A DNA stretch of 64,000 bases, taken from assembly GCA_963796965.1 (NCBI GenBank), contig CAWCNS010000004.1, forward strand, positions 992,001 to 1,056,000, in the 5' to 3' direction. This document shows, in pieces, positions 20,668 through 31,974 of the stretch; the stretch's first letter is position 1; every line of letters begins with the position of its first letter. A program made the translations under genes and the position numbers. The notes under the pieces are model-generated. The model was not told where the DNA came from. It was given only the letters and a program-made list of their open reading frames with translations, and did no database searches. Source of the stretch: Calditrichia bacterium (GTDB taxonomy: Bacteria; Calditrichota; Calditrichia; JAJRVZ01).

Positions 20668-22070
20668 ATAATAAAAGTTATCCAGTAAAGAGAAAAGAAG
20701 AAATAAAACTCCGAATCGAAAAACTGGCCTTTGGTGGAAAAGGTATCGGCCGTATCGATGATTACGTTATATTTGTAGATAAATCGCTTCCCGGTGATCT
20801 TGTTCAGGCCAGAGTTTATAAGAGGAAATCCAATTTTGCCCAGGCCAGGGTAATTGAACTTTTAGAATCATCCCCCCTCAGACAAGAAGCGCCCTGTCCG
20901 TATTTTGGATGGTGTGGAGGATGTATATGGCAGAACCTGACCTATCAGGAGCAGTTATCTGTAAAACGTGATCATGTCATAGACAGCCTGAAGCAGATTA
21001 GCGGTTTATCTGATGTTGAGGTAGGGAAAACCTTACCCTCCCCTCAAATTTGGGGCTATCGTAATAAAATGGAGTTTTCATTCTCTGACCGGCGGTGGCT
21101 GCTGCCTGCGGAAATGGGCGATCCTCTGAAAAATACGGACTTTGCCCTGGGGTTACATATTCCGGGAACCTTTGACAAGATCCTTGATATTGAGAATTGT
21201 CTATTACAAAGCGAGTCGGCTAACAATGTGTTAAATACGGTACGTGAGTATGCGCTTCAAAATGGTTTAATCCCTTATGGCGTACATTCACAAGAGGGTT
21301 TCCTTAGATTTTTAGTGATCAGGCAAAGCCTTTACAATGGCCAGATCATGGCGAATATCGTTACTTCTACAAGGAGTCCTAAACTTTTAGAGGGGCTGGC
21401 TGAGGAGATACAAAGGGGAATACCCGAGGTTACAAGTATTATTAATACGATCAATTCTAAAAAAGCACAAGTTGCATTTGGGGATGAAGAGGTTGTACTT
21501 GCGGGGAATTCATATATTCAGGATAAAATTGGAGATTTTGTATTCAATATTTCAGCAAATTCTTTTTTTCAAACGAACACGGCCCAGGCGCAACGCTTAT
21601 ATTTAACTGTGATGGCGTATGCGAATCTGAAGGGAGATGAGATTGTCTGGGACTTATATGCAGGAACGGGTACTATATCTCTCTTTTTAGCTCAGAAGAC
21701 AGGTTATGTTTATGCGCTTGAGCTAGTAGAAAGCGCTGTCCGAGATGGAATCGAAAATGCCAGAATCCACAATATTGACAATATAAAATTTATTCAAGGG
21801 GACATTTTAGAAAGCGTAAATAATATTGATCAGCAAGCAGAGGTGGTGGTTGTTGATCCTCCCCGCTCAGGGATTCATCCCAAAGTATGCCATTATTTGG
21901 CAGAGTGTGGAGCAGAGCGCATAATATATGTCTCATGTAATCCCACCACTATGGCCAGGGACATTGAGCTGTTGGCAAAAAATTATAAAGTTATAAAAGT
22001 TCAACCAGTTGATATGTTCCCACATACCTATCATATTGAAACAGTATGTCTACTTAAAAAAATATTATGA
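20664..22070 (+). CDS. rlmD: 23S rRNA (uracil-C5)-methyltransferase RlmD/RumA
   Basis: TRAM N-terminus, CPYFGWCGGC, SFFQTN, DLYAGTG, DPPRSG, YVSCNP, DMFPHTYHIE. Confidence 0.93.
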   Translation: MNNKSYPVKRKEEIKLRIEKLAFGGKGIGRIDDYVIFVDKSLPGDLVQARVYKRKSNFAQARVIELLESSPLRQEAPCPYFGWCGGCIWQNLTYQEQLSVKRDHVIDSLKQISGLSDVEVGKTLPSPQIWGYRNKMEFSFSDRRWLLPAEMGDPLKNTDFALGLHIPGTFDKILDIENCLLQSESANNVLNTVREYALQNGLIPYGVHSQEGFLRFLVIRQSLYNGQIMANIVTSTRSPKLLEGLAEEIQRGIPEVTSIINTINSKKAQVAFGDEEVVLAGNSYIQDKIGDFVFNISANSFFQTNTAQAQRLYLTVMAYANLKGDEIVWDLYAGTGTISLFLAQKTGYVYALELVESAVRDGIENARIHNIDNIKFIQGDILESVNNIDQQAEVVVVDPPRSGIHPKVCHYLAECGAERIIYVSCNPTTMARDIELLAKNYKVIKVQPVDMFPHTYHIETVCLLKKIL

Positions 22071-22669
22071 GAAAATTATCATATCAGGAGATTTTTTCAA
22101 CAAGACCAACTCTTGCACAACTTTCTTCTCAGAAACGTTTTCCTCTTTATGCTTTATGTGAGAATATTCGAAGTTTGTACAATGTAGGAAGTATTTTTCG
22201 TACCTCTGATGCTGTGTGTCTTGAGAAATTATATTTATCCGGTTATACGGGATATCCCCCAAGAAAAGAAATTGATAAAACTGCCCTGGGTGCTGTTGAA
22301 AGTGTGAATTGGGAACATTATAAAAATCCACAGGATGCAATTCTGGAATTGAAAAATCGGGACATAACTATTATAGCATTAGAACATACCTCGGCCAGTA
22401 TACCCTATTATGAATTTGAGTTTAAATTTCCTTTTTGTCTATTACTTGGTAATGAGGTTGAAGGCCTTTCAGCGGAACTAATCCAGTCAGCAGATGCCGC
22501 CGTCGAAATACCAATGTTCGGATTAAAGCAATCATTAAATGTGGCTGTAGCCTATGGCATTGTAATGTATCATGCCATGGTAAAATACCAAGAACATCAT
22601 TTTGACAGTAAAATTAAACCTGAATCAGAACCACAGAATCATATTGACAAAGTTCACAAATACGAATAA
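22067..22669 (+). CDS. SpoU/TrmH-family RNA methyltransferase
   Basis: ENIRSLYNVGSIFRT, LGNEVEG, IPMFG..SLNVAVA. Confidence 0.92.
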   Translation: MRKLSYQEIFSTRPTLAQLSSQKRFPLYALCENIRSLYNVGSIFRTSDAVCLEKLYLSGYTGYPPRKEIDKTALGAVESVNWEHYKNPQDAILELKNRDITIIALEHTSASIPYYEFEFKFPFCLLLGNEVEGLSAELIQSADAAVEIPMFGLKQSLNVAVAYGIVMYHAMVKYQEHHFDSKIKPESEPQNHIDKVHKYE

Positions 22670-22696
22670 ATTCGAATATTATTTTTATATATCTTA

Positions 22697-22723
22697 TTGA
22701 GATAACTATATTTCTGCCGATCA
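22697..22723 (+). promoter_or_regulatory. Putative sigma28-type promoter (weak -35)
   Basis: TTGAGATA-N11-GCCGATCA; shares the exact 13-mer ATTTCTGCCGATC with 17941-17953. Confidence 0.45.
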
Positions 22724-22966
22724 TTCTATTAAAATCATTTTAAGTTAAATTCAAGATTCAGATTTATTATGCATTAAGAGAACTAAGTTAAGGCCATCAA
22801 TTTATTTCAAGTTCTACATGATTGCTATATTAATTGATAGATAGATGTAATAGATTAAAGATATTAGCTTTGTGTTCTCTGTGATTGGATAAAGTTTCGA
22901 AAAGAATTTTCTTAAAGATAACTTACTTTAAATTATTCTGGATTGAGAGCATTTCCAGGACGACGC

Positions 22967-24488
22967 ATGTCAACTAATAGAATATTATTACTCGAAGAAG
23001 ATAATAAAAGAGGCGAATTACTGGATTCCTTATTCAAGGAAAATCAGGCTGAGGTATTTATAGCTGAAAAATATCTCGGAAGCTGAAAAGCTGGTACAGA
23101 CTCCTGAATTATCACTTATATTGCTTGATTACCACGATATTATAGATTTTAAACGAAATGAACTCATTAACCTGTTTAAAGGAGCAAGACGGACCAAATT
23201 TATTGTATTTAATGTCCCGGATGATGCTACGCGCCGCATTGCTTTTTACAAGTTGGGTGCCTATCGAATTTTGAGTGTCCATTATGACATTGAGGATGTC
23301 TACTTTTTTAGTCAAAATTTGCTTTCAAATGATAAGCCTACTCAGGATCAAAAAGAATCACATTTTAGCGGCCGTTTACAGGATTTTAATCTCCCGGGTT
23401 TAATCAATAATTTTGGTAAGGATAAGCGATCAGGTGTTCTCCGGTTGCAATCAAGTTTGAGCTCCGGAAAAATTTATTTTGACTATGGGCATATCTATCA
23501 TGCATCGGTCGGGAATTTAAAAAATGATGAAGCAGTACTCTATATGCTGACCTGGTCCACCGGGCAGTTTAGCATGAGTCCGCTCAAACAAAAGACTGTC
23601 AATGCACGGGTTCGCCTCAGCAATGTAGGATTGTTGCTTCTTTCAGAGTCAATGCGTGATGAGTACTATGAAAAAATTGAAGATTTAGGAGGTCTACAGA
23701 AAGAAGTGTCTGTTATAAATCAGGGTGATTTACTTGAACAGGAGAAAGACCCACAGTTTAGAAATTTTATAGAAAAATTAAACATCTTTAGACCTGTATT
23801 TAGCATAATCGAGAATAGCCCCTACGACGTCATAGCTACCCTGGATCAATTGACAACTTTAAAGAATAATGGGAATTTGCAATTTAAGGAACAGGAAGAA
23901 GAGTCGGTTGAAGAGTTTCCGATTGAGTCAATCCAGAAGAGCAGTGGGCTAATCGAACGGTTGCTCACGGCTGAAGAAGTTAGTACTTTGCGAGATATTT
24001 TACAGGCCTCGGAACTCATCAGTGGAAAACTTTTGGTTCTTGGGAGTAATACAAGTGGTAAGACAGATTTTATTCGAAAATTTAATCAAGGTAGTGTTAG
24101 TGCAGTGCGCAGTGACCAGGATCTGGATTTCACAACCATTGAGCTAACAAATGATTTTCATCTTCAGCTCTTTGGAGTAACCATAACGGAGAGACTTTCA
24201 CAAATTATTGAAAAGCTTTCTGAAAATCTTCTTGGTTATATCTTTCTTATTGATGCTGAGGATTTTGATGGACTTGAATATGTCAATTATATTATCAACA
24301 ATTTAACCAGCTTACATGTGGTACCCTGGACCATTGCAGTCACAAATCTTAAAAAAGGAGGGAAGAAAATTCCTCCGAAGATTAAATCAGGTATCGTTCT
24401 TCCCAAAGGGAAAAAACTTCTAATTTGCGATGTGTCCGACAAAGCAGATGTTCGTAAGGTTATCATGTCATTAAATATCTCAAAATAG
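22967..24488 (+). CDS. Pseudo-receiver + DUF4388 (PatA-N-like) + MglA/CvnD-like small GTPase fusion (one frameshift near 23068)
   Basis: MSTNRILLLEED.. joins ..ELSLILLD across an A-run. DUF4388 pattern FSGRLQDFNLPGLI..RSGVL..GKIYFDYGHIYHA..W..GQF. P-loop LGSNTSGKT, LDFTTI, LFG, GYIFLID. Confidence 0.75.
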
Positions 24489-24510
24489 AATTTGAGGGTG
24501 AGAATATAAG

Positions 24511-25674
24511 ATGGTTGATGGACTAGTTATCACAGAAAATATTGCTCTTTTTGAGGAATTAAATATCAATTTCTCAAATGAGCGAAATCATTTGGAATAT
24601 GCCAATTCCGTGGATTCTGCAAAAGAAATCGTTGCCATGGAAGTGCCGGACTTTATTGCAATCATAGAAAAAAAGGTGGAGAACACCCAAAAAATATTGG
24701 AAGAATTATTTAGAGATGAAACTATTAAAAAAATTCCTACCCTATGTTTTTTATCTAACCATGAATGGATGATGCGTGGCCAACTCTGGCCTGAAGGTGT
24801 TCGTGATATAATAAAACTTCCAATCGCAAAAAATGAGTTGACCTTTCAATTAGATAATTTTATCAATGAAATATCCGATATCAGTATTGATCAGGACGAA
24901 GCGGGAATGTTTGGTAAACTTGAAGATTATAATTTACTAGATTTGATTCAAACTCTGGAAAGTAGCCATAAAACGGGTGTTTTGATTCTATACCGGTCTC
25001 GTGAAGAAGGTAAAATCTGGATTGAAGATGGACAAATACAAGATGCAAAGTACAGATCTTTCGAACCTGTTAATTCAATTTTGAAGATGGTATCCTGGCT
25101 TGATGGAGATTTCTCAATCACCTTTGTTGAAGAGAATTATGAAAAGACAATTGAAAGCAGTAATCAGGATATACTTTTGGAAGCTATTCAACACTTAGAT
25201 GATCGAAACCGGATTCTCAATTCTCTTCCTGACAGAAATGAAACCTTATTAATATCTCCAGAGGCTGATATGGACAAAATGGAGGAGAACACGGTTAATT
25301 ATCTCAGATTTTTCCATGGTGGTCATGCCATTGCCTCATTTTTGGATGCCTTTGATCAGGATGACCTGACGCTTCTTGGAATCATCCAGGAATTTGTTGA
25401 AAAAAAGCTCATCATGACACAGAAACAATTTGACGATCATTTTGCTGAGATGGAACAGCAGGCTGAAGAGGCCGGTATTAAAAAGGTGTTCAAAAGATTT
25501 TTTACAAAGAAAGATGATCAGAGTGATGCAAAGTCGGATTTAGGAACGAGTGAGATGAAGATCAAGGATTCTGAGGAATACATCGCACATATGAGATTTA
25601 ACGATCTTCGGTTCAATCCTCATAATGGGAATATTGATTTAAAAAAAATACACAATTTAATTGAAAAGATATAG
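24511..25674 (+). CDS. Pseudo-receiver + DUF4388 domain protein
   Basis: REC-like N-terminus (PDFIAII..KIPTLCFL..GVRDIIKLP). DUF4388 pattern MFGKLEDYNLLDLIQTL..KTGVL..GKIWIEDGQI..W.DGDF. Confidence 0.78.
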   Translation: MVDGLVITENIALFEELNINFSNERNHLEYANSVDSAKEIVAMEVPDFIAIIEKKVENTQKILEELFRDETIKKIPTLCFLSNHEWMMRGQLWPEGVRDIIKLPIAKNELTFQLDNFINEISDISIDQDEAGMFGKLEDYNLLDLIQTLESSHKTGVLILYRSREEGKIWIEDGQIQDAKYRSFEPVNSILKMVSWLDGDFSITFVEENYEKTIESSNQDILLEAIQHLDDRNRILNSLPDRNETLLISPEADMDKMEENTVNYLRFFHGGHAIASFLDAFDQDDLTLLGIIQEFVEKKLIMTQKQFDDHFAEMEQQAEEAGIKKVFKRFFTKKDDQSDAKSDLGTSEMKIKDSEEYIAHMRFNDLRFNPHNGNIDLKKIHNLIEKI

Positions 25675-26145
25675 ATGAATATTATTGAATTACCTGTTAT
25701 TGGTAGTCGGCATAACCAAACAGAGAATATTTTCTCTCTTCTATCTGACCTGTCTCTTAGAAATTTTGAGGGGATGGATCTTGGAATTGTTGATCTTGAG
25801 AAACAATGTCAAATATACTTTTATTTTCTTACTCAGGAGAATGACCAGTATCATTATCTATGGGACTTGGTTATTCCGCACGCCATGGCTTGTATTTTGA
25901 TTTTTGATTGGCAGGATCCACGCTCTATTGAAAAGAATCTTCAAACAATAGAATATATTGAACAAAGATTTTCAACACCGCTCCACATATGTTCACTTCC
26001 GGCTGAGAATGATATTCCGGATGACCTTATCAAAGAAGAATTGGAAGTTCATGGAAATCGTAGTCTCCACACTTTTGATCCAAACAGCAAGGATTCGGCA
26101 AAAGAAGTTTTACTACAACTCTTTAAAAGTCTGACTGATGACTAG
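25675..26145 (+). CDS. Degenerate small GTPase-fold protein (MglA/CvnD-like, no P-loop lysine)
   Basis: VIGSRHNQT in place of G1, MDLG, YLWDLVIPHAMACILIFD resembles the F.FMWD.L..GA.G.V.LVD segment. Starts immediately after the upstream stop. Confidence 0.55.
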   Translation: MNIIELPVIGSRHNQTENIFSLLSDLSLRNFEGMDLGIVDLEKQCQIYFYFLTQENDQYHYLWDLVIPHAMACILIFDWQDPRSIEKNLQTIEYIEQRFSTPLHICSLPAENDIPDDLIKEELEVHGNRSLHTFDPNSKDSAKEVLLQLFKSLTDD

Positions 26146-27539
26146 TTTACGCCTTTAGTTTTATCTTCATATAAATACTCAAATATTTGTTCCTCAACCC
26201 TGATAAAATGTGTTCTTGAAGAATAAGTTGGTTCAAGATTTATTCTTATTTTATAGGTTCCAGGGGGAACGCGTTTACCAGGAGTTACAATGTCCGACCA
26301 GGTCAAATCTTCATTCTTCACGATTTTTACCCCTGTTTTAGCGACAATTCCGTTCCATTCTATATGCTGCTTATCTAGTGGCCCAATCATTCTTCGATGT
26401 GCTATACGGGTTATAAAGTTTCCATCTTCATCAACAATGTCAGCCCAAAAGTAAGAATGTTCGGTCGCCATAAATGAAAATATAATTTTTCTGGTTTTGG
26501 AAGATATTGAGAAATCCTTCAGATCTGTTCCTACCCAATAATATTGTGCGCCTGATTCCTCTGCGATAAAAATTTGTCCAAATCTTTTGTATATGGTAAT
26601 TCCCCTGGGAGACTGAAATTCATGATCGTCATCCCCCTTCTTCCCGAATGAAACGATATAATCAAGATTATTGCTAAATTTATGAATGCAATGGTTTTTT
26701 GAATCGGTAATTACTAACTGATTATAATAATCCAGACAGGCATATGCTAAATTTACTTCAGTAAATCCAAGATTATTCATTTGAACAGATTTTATTAATT
26801 TACCTTCCAAGGTGAACTTGTTGATACGAGAATTGGAGGAATCAACAACAATCAAAAAGTTTTCTTTTATAAACGTATGTCGTTCCAAACTGTCCGCTAA
26901 TACAATCGCGTTAGGTGCTTGCAGATAACCATCGAATGTAAACGCGTATTTAAAAACATTAGCACTATCAAATACCTGGATACGGTCATTTCCACTATCA
27001 CTCACATAAACATCACCCCAACTAGTCATGGATACCTGTTTTGGATTACGAAACTGTCCCTCGCCATCACCCTCCTTACCAATGACCGCTACATATTCCA
27101 ATTGGTCCTTAGGATTGTGTAAGCGTACAATTCTGTTATTTCCCGTGTCAGCTACATAGACATCCCCTGAGCTGTTTGCACAAATTCCTTTTGGTTCGGA
27201 GAGAGGAATGACATCATCTTCATCCAGTTCAAAGACACCCAGTTTCCACATAGACTTATTATAAATGATATTATTTTGCCCGGAATTGATTCCATAGACG
27301 GTAACTTCATCATCATCATGTGGATCATCAGGATCTTCCCAGGAATCAAGTCTTACACACGCTAAACCTTGAGGATCCCGAAATTTAACACTAAATCCCA
27401 TGAGCATAAACAAGGCTGTGGGACCGGCCTTGCGAATTCCATAAGTATGCTTATATGCCGGGAAAACAAAAGTAGTTGGATTATATTCCTCTTCTGGGAG
27501 GGCTATGAGAAAAAATATAACAAGGATAATTGATTTCAC
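26142..27539 (-). CDS. Secreted NHL-repeat beta-propeller protein with C-terminal FlgD-Ig-like domain
   Basis: PKGIC..GDVYVADTGNNRI, GQFRNP..VYVSDSGNDRIQVFD, FQSPRGI; C-terminal WNG...VPPGTYKI. Confidence 0.82.
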   Translation of the reverse strand: MKSIILVIFFLIALPEEEYNPTTFVFPAYKHTYGIRKAGPTALFMLMGFSVKFRDPQGLACVRLDSWEDPDDPHDDDEVTVYGINSGQNNIIYNKSMWKLGVFELDEDDVIPLSEPKGICANSSGDVYVADTGNNRIVRLHNPKDQLEYVAVIGKEGDGEGQFRNPKQVSMTSWGDVYVSDSGNDRIQVFDSANVFKYAFTFDGYLQAPNAIVLADSLERHTFIKENFLIVVDSSNSRINKFTLEGKLIKSVQMNNLGFTEVNLAYACLDYYNQLVITDSKNHCIHKFSNNLDYIVSFGKKGDDDHEFQSPRGITIYKRFGQIFIAEESGAQYYWVGTDLKDFSISSKTRKIIFSFMATEHSYFWADIVDEDGNFITRIAHRRMIGPLDKQHIEWNGIVAKTGVKIVKNEDLTWSDIVTPGKRVPPGTYKIRINLEPTYSSRTHFIRVEEQIFEYLYEDKTKGVN

Positions 27540-27580
27540 TTTTTGGGACTCAATGTTTGTAAACTAGTTTCGAATTTTAA

Positions 27581-27750
27581 GACAGGATAACAGGATCTAC
27601 AAGAGATGAAAGTATTTAAAATAACTTCGAACTCTTCGTGCCTCCTTTGTGCTACTTCGTGATATTCTTTACTAACACGAAGCCCACGAAGAGTGCGCAA
27701 AGAACTATGATGATTTTTGATTTTAATCCTGTAGATCCTGTTATCCTGTC
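27581..27750. repeat. Intergenic element with perfect 21-bp terminal inverted repeats, enclosing a second repeat family
   Basis: GACAGGATAACAGGATCTACA (27581-27601) / TGTAGATCCTGTTATCCTGTC (27730-27750); inner CTTCGTG..CTTCGTG / CACGAAG..CACGAAG arms. Confidence 0.85.
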
Positions 27751-27768
27751 AAACAAAGTAGAATCATT

Positions 27769-29598
27769 CTAAGGGCGATTATTTTTGTGTAGATGATCAT
27801 AAAGTTTTTGGGCCAGTTCTTCAGGGAGATTGCCTTCTTCCTTGAAAATCTCAACATTGAGTGTCTCCATGTTTTTTATAGAACCAAATTTTTTTAAAAG
27901 TGCATTTCTACGTTTTTCTCCAATTCCGGGGACTTCATCTAAGGTTGATTTTATTGTACGTTTCTTTCTTTTTTGGCGGTGGAACGTTATGGCAAAACGA
28001 TGTGCTTCATCTCTGATCTGCTGCAGCAACTTAAGACTTGATGAGGTTCGTGGCAGCATCTGGGCATCAGATATGCCAGGAAGAAAGACTTCTTCCAACC
28101 GTTTTGCTAATCCAATTATCGCCTGGTCATTGATATTCAATTTAGCCATAACCGAGAGGGCACTCGAGAGCTGTCCCTTTCCGCCATCAACGATGATAAG
28201 ATCCGGGAAGTCCTTCTTCTCTGATACTAATCGGGTGTATCGGCGTTCGATGACTTCCCGCATCATTGCAAAATCATCGGGTGTAGATTTTACTCTTATC
28301 GCATATTTTCTGTATTCAGATTTTTTTGGGCGCCCATTCAAAAAACAGACCATTGAGGCCACAGGATCACTTCCTTGAATATTGGAGATATCAAAACATT
28401 CAATTCGTTTTGGTGTTTTCGGGAGGCGAAGATCGCGCTGCAGGGATTTTAGTACATGGGGTACATAATCTTTCGATTTCATTTTTTGAAGTTTTAATTC
28501 TTCTAATAAATACTTTGCATTCTTCTGACACATGGTGATCAACTTCTTTTTATCACCAACTTTAGGTACATGAATTGAAACACGAGATTCGACTCTTGAA
28601 TTCAACCATTTCTCAGTAACTTTTTGCTGTGCAATTGGCTCCGGTAAAAATATTTCTCGTGGTATCTCGTCGTTACCTGTATAGAATTGATTTATAAAAT
28701 GTGATAATATCTCGGGGGAAGATTTATGCAGAACAGAGGAGAGATAATAATGTACCCGATTTATAACTTTCCCTTCCCTGATCTTAAAAATTACAGCACA
28801 GGCATCATCATCTTCATGGGCCATTGCAAATACATCACGGTCCTCCAGATCAGACATAACGATCTTTTGAGAATTTCTGTATTTTTCCAGGACCTCAATT
28901 TTATCCCTGATCCGTGCGGCTTCTTCGAAATTTTGATCTGCGGCACATAAATGCATTTCATTATCAAGTTGCTCTTTAATATGTGATGTTTTGCCGCGTA
29001 AAAATTCTCTTACCCGCATTATGGTTTCATTATATTCATTCTTGGTTTGTAGTTGCTGACAGGGACCTTTACATTTTTTGATATAATATTCCAGACAAAG
29101 TGAGACTTTTTTATTTTTGATGGTAGTTTTATTTAAATCATACTTACAGGAACGAATGAAAAAAATGCGTTTTAATGTGGTGAGAGCATCCCTCATTTCC
29201 TTCACATTGGTATAGGGGCCAAAATAAGTTGAACCATCGCGTATTATGTTTCTCGTTGGAAATACCTGAGGAAAATCTTCTGCAGTTATCCTGATGAATG
29301 GGAAACTTTTATCATCTTTCAAATTAACATTATATTTCGGCCGGTGTTCTTTTATAAGATTAGCTTCGAGAATTAATGCCTCAACCTCTGAATCAGTTAT
29401 AATAAACTCAAAATCATAAATTTTCCTGGACATGATCAAAATTCGGGGATCAAGGTCTCTTGATTTTTGAAAATATGAGCGAACACGGTTGCGAAGATTT
29501 TTTGCTTTGCCTACATACAGTACTATTTTCTGCTTGTCCTGAAAGAGGTATACGCCGGGTTTGGTGGGGAGATCTTTTAACTTATCATGTACTGGCAT
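27769..29598 (-). CDS. uvrC: Excinuclease ABC subunit C
   Basis: PGVYLF..YVGKAKNLRNRV (GIY-YIG), IECFDISN, DGGKGQ, RDEAHRFA, HhH GIGEKR. Confidence 0.97.
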   Translation of the reverse strand: MPVHDKLKDLPTKPGVYLFQDKQKIVLYVGKAKNLRNRVRSYFQKSRDLDPRILIMSRKIYDFEFIITDSEVEALILEANLIKEHRPKYNVNLKDDKSFPFIRITAEDFPQVFPTRNIIRDGSTYFGPYTNVKEMRDALTTLKRIFFIRSCKYDLNKTTIKNKKVSLCLEYYIKKCKGPCQQLQTKNEYNETIMRVREFLRGKTSHIKEQLDNEMHLCAADQNFEEAARIRDKIEVLEKYRNSQKIVMSDLEDRDVFAMAHEDDDACAVIFKIREGKVINRVHYYLSSVLHKSSPEILSHFINQFYTGNDEIPREIFLPEPIAQQKVTEKWLNSRVESRVSIHVPKVGDKKKLITMCQKNAKYLLEELKLQKMKSKDYVPHVLKSLQRDLRLPKTPKRIECFDISNIQGSDPVASMVCFLNGRPKKSEYRKYAIRVKSTPDDFAMMREVIERRYTRLVSEKKDFPDLIIVDGGKGQLSSALSVMAKLNINDQAIIGLAKRLEEVFLPGISDAQMLPRTSSSLKLLQQIRDEAHRFAITFHRQKRKKRTIKSTLDEVPGIGEKRRNALLKKFGSIKNMETLNVEIFKEEGNLPEELAQKLYDHLHKNNRP

Positions 29599-29627
29599 AA
29601 TTTCTATTAGGCGAATCTTTCAAAAGA

Positions 29628-30026
29628 TTATGATTCGCAAAGTTCAATTAATATTCCATTAAAACTTAACGGATGGAGGAAGGCGATACGGGTATTCTTT
29701 GCTCCCTTTCTTGGAATTTCATCTATTAACTCAAAACCTCTCTCTTTTAATAGTTTGAGCGATTCATCCAGATCCGTAACGGTAAAAGCGATATGATGAA
29801 TAGCATTCTTGTGTTTTTCCAGAAAGCGGGAAACAGGGGAATCCGGGGATGTAGGCTCAATATATTCTATTGCAGAGTCAGAAAACTTAAAACCGGCGAT
29901 TTTGACTTTTTGGTCAGGTACCTCTTCTAAAAAAGTGGGCTCCAACCCAAATCCTTCCTTAAATGTTTTCAGAATTTCGTTTAAATCTTTTACTGCAATT
30001 CCAATATGGTCTATTTTGTTTAGCAA
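29628..30026 (-). CDS. mce: Methylmalonyl-CoA epimerase
   Basis: IDHIGIAV, IHHIAF, IAFLHP..GILIEL. Confidence 0.9.
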   Translation of the reverse strand: MLNKIDHIGIAVKDLNEILKTFKEGFGLEPTFLEEVPDQKVKIAGFKFSDSAIEYIEPTSPDSPVSRFLEKHKNAIHHIAFTVTDLDESLKLLKERGFELIDEIPRKGAKNTRIAFLHPLSFNGILIELCES

Positions 30027-30154
30027 ATTATTCTACCAATTTATTTATGTACTCAAACCCGGCAATAGATATCAATAATAAATAATATGTAATTAGTAAT
30101 TGGTTACTGGTAATTACCCTTTACCCTTAGCCCTTTGCCTTTTGCCTTTTTTTT

Positions 30155-31618
<1,464 letters not shown>

Positions 31619-31800
31619 CTATCCTAACTATCAAATAAAATTTCCTCGTATATAAAACCGGCAGGAAAATCCGTATAGTTGAAAATTATTTAACAATTAA
31701 TTTAAAGAATTATCTTTAGATAAAAAAGTGAAAGGGGTGAAGAAGATGAATTAGATTTATTGAATTGAATTCTGGTGTTTTGCGAATAAAAAAAACGATT

Positions 31801-31852
31801 GACCTCCTCCTTGTCACCCTCCTTACTAAGGAGCGGGAATCAGGGGGAGGTC
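31801..31852. repeat. GC-rich intergenic palindrome (REP-like)
   Basis: GACCTCCTCCT..CTCCTTACTAAGGAG..AGGGGGAGGTC nested hairpin between hutH and guaB. Confidence 0.55.
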
Positions 31853-31974
31853 ATTGTTTCAGCATAGCGCTAAGAGCAGAGTGTATAGCGTTTGAGATCA
31901 TCTGCCTTGCGCCATCCGCTTTGCGTTTTAAAAGATCTTGACCATTTCAGTAATGCTACCAAGGACTCTTTCCC

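Noticed and set aside
27830..28378. 182-aa plus-strand ORF, and similar antisense ORFs at 31149-31655, 41466-41867 and 43501-44016
   Set aside because: These are antisense shadows of well-supported genes (uvrC, guaB, cinA, nqrA), with no motifs of their own.
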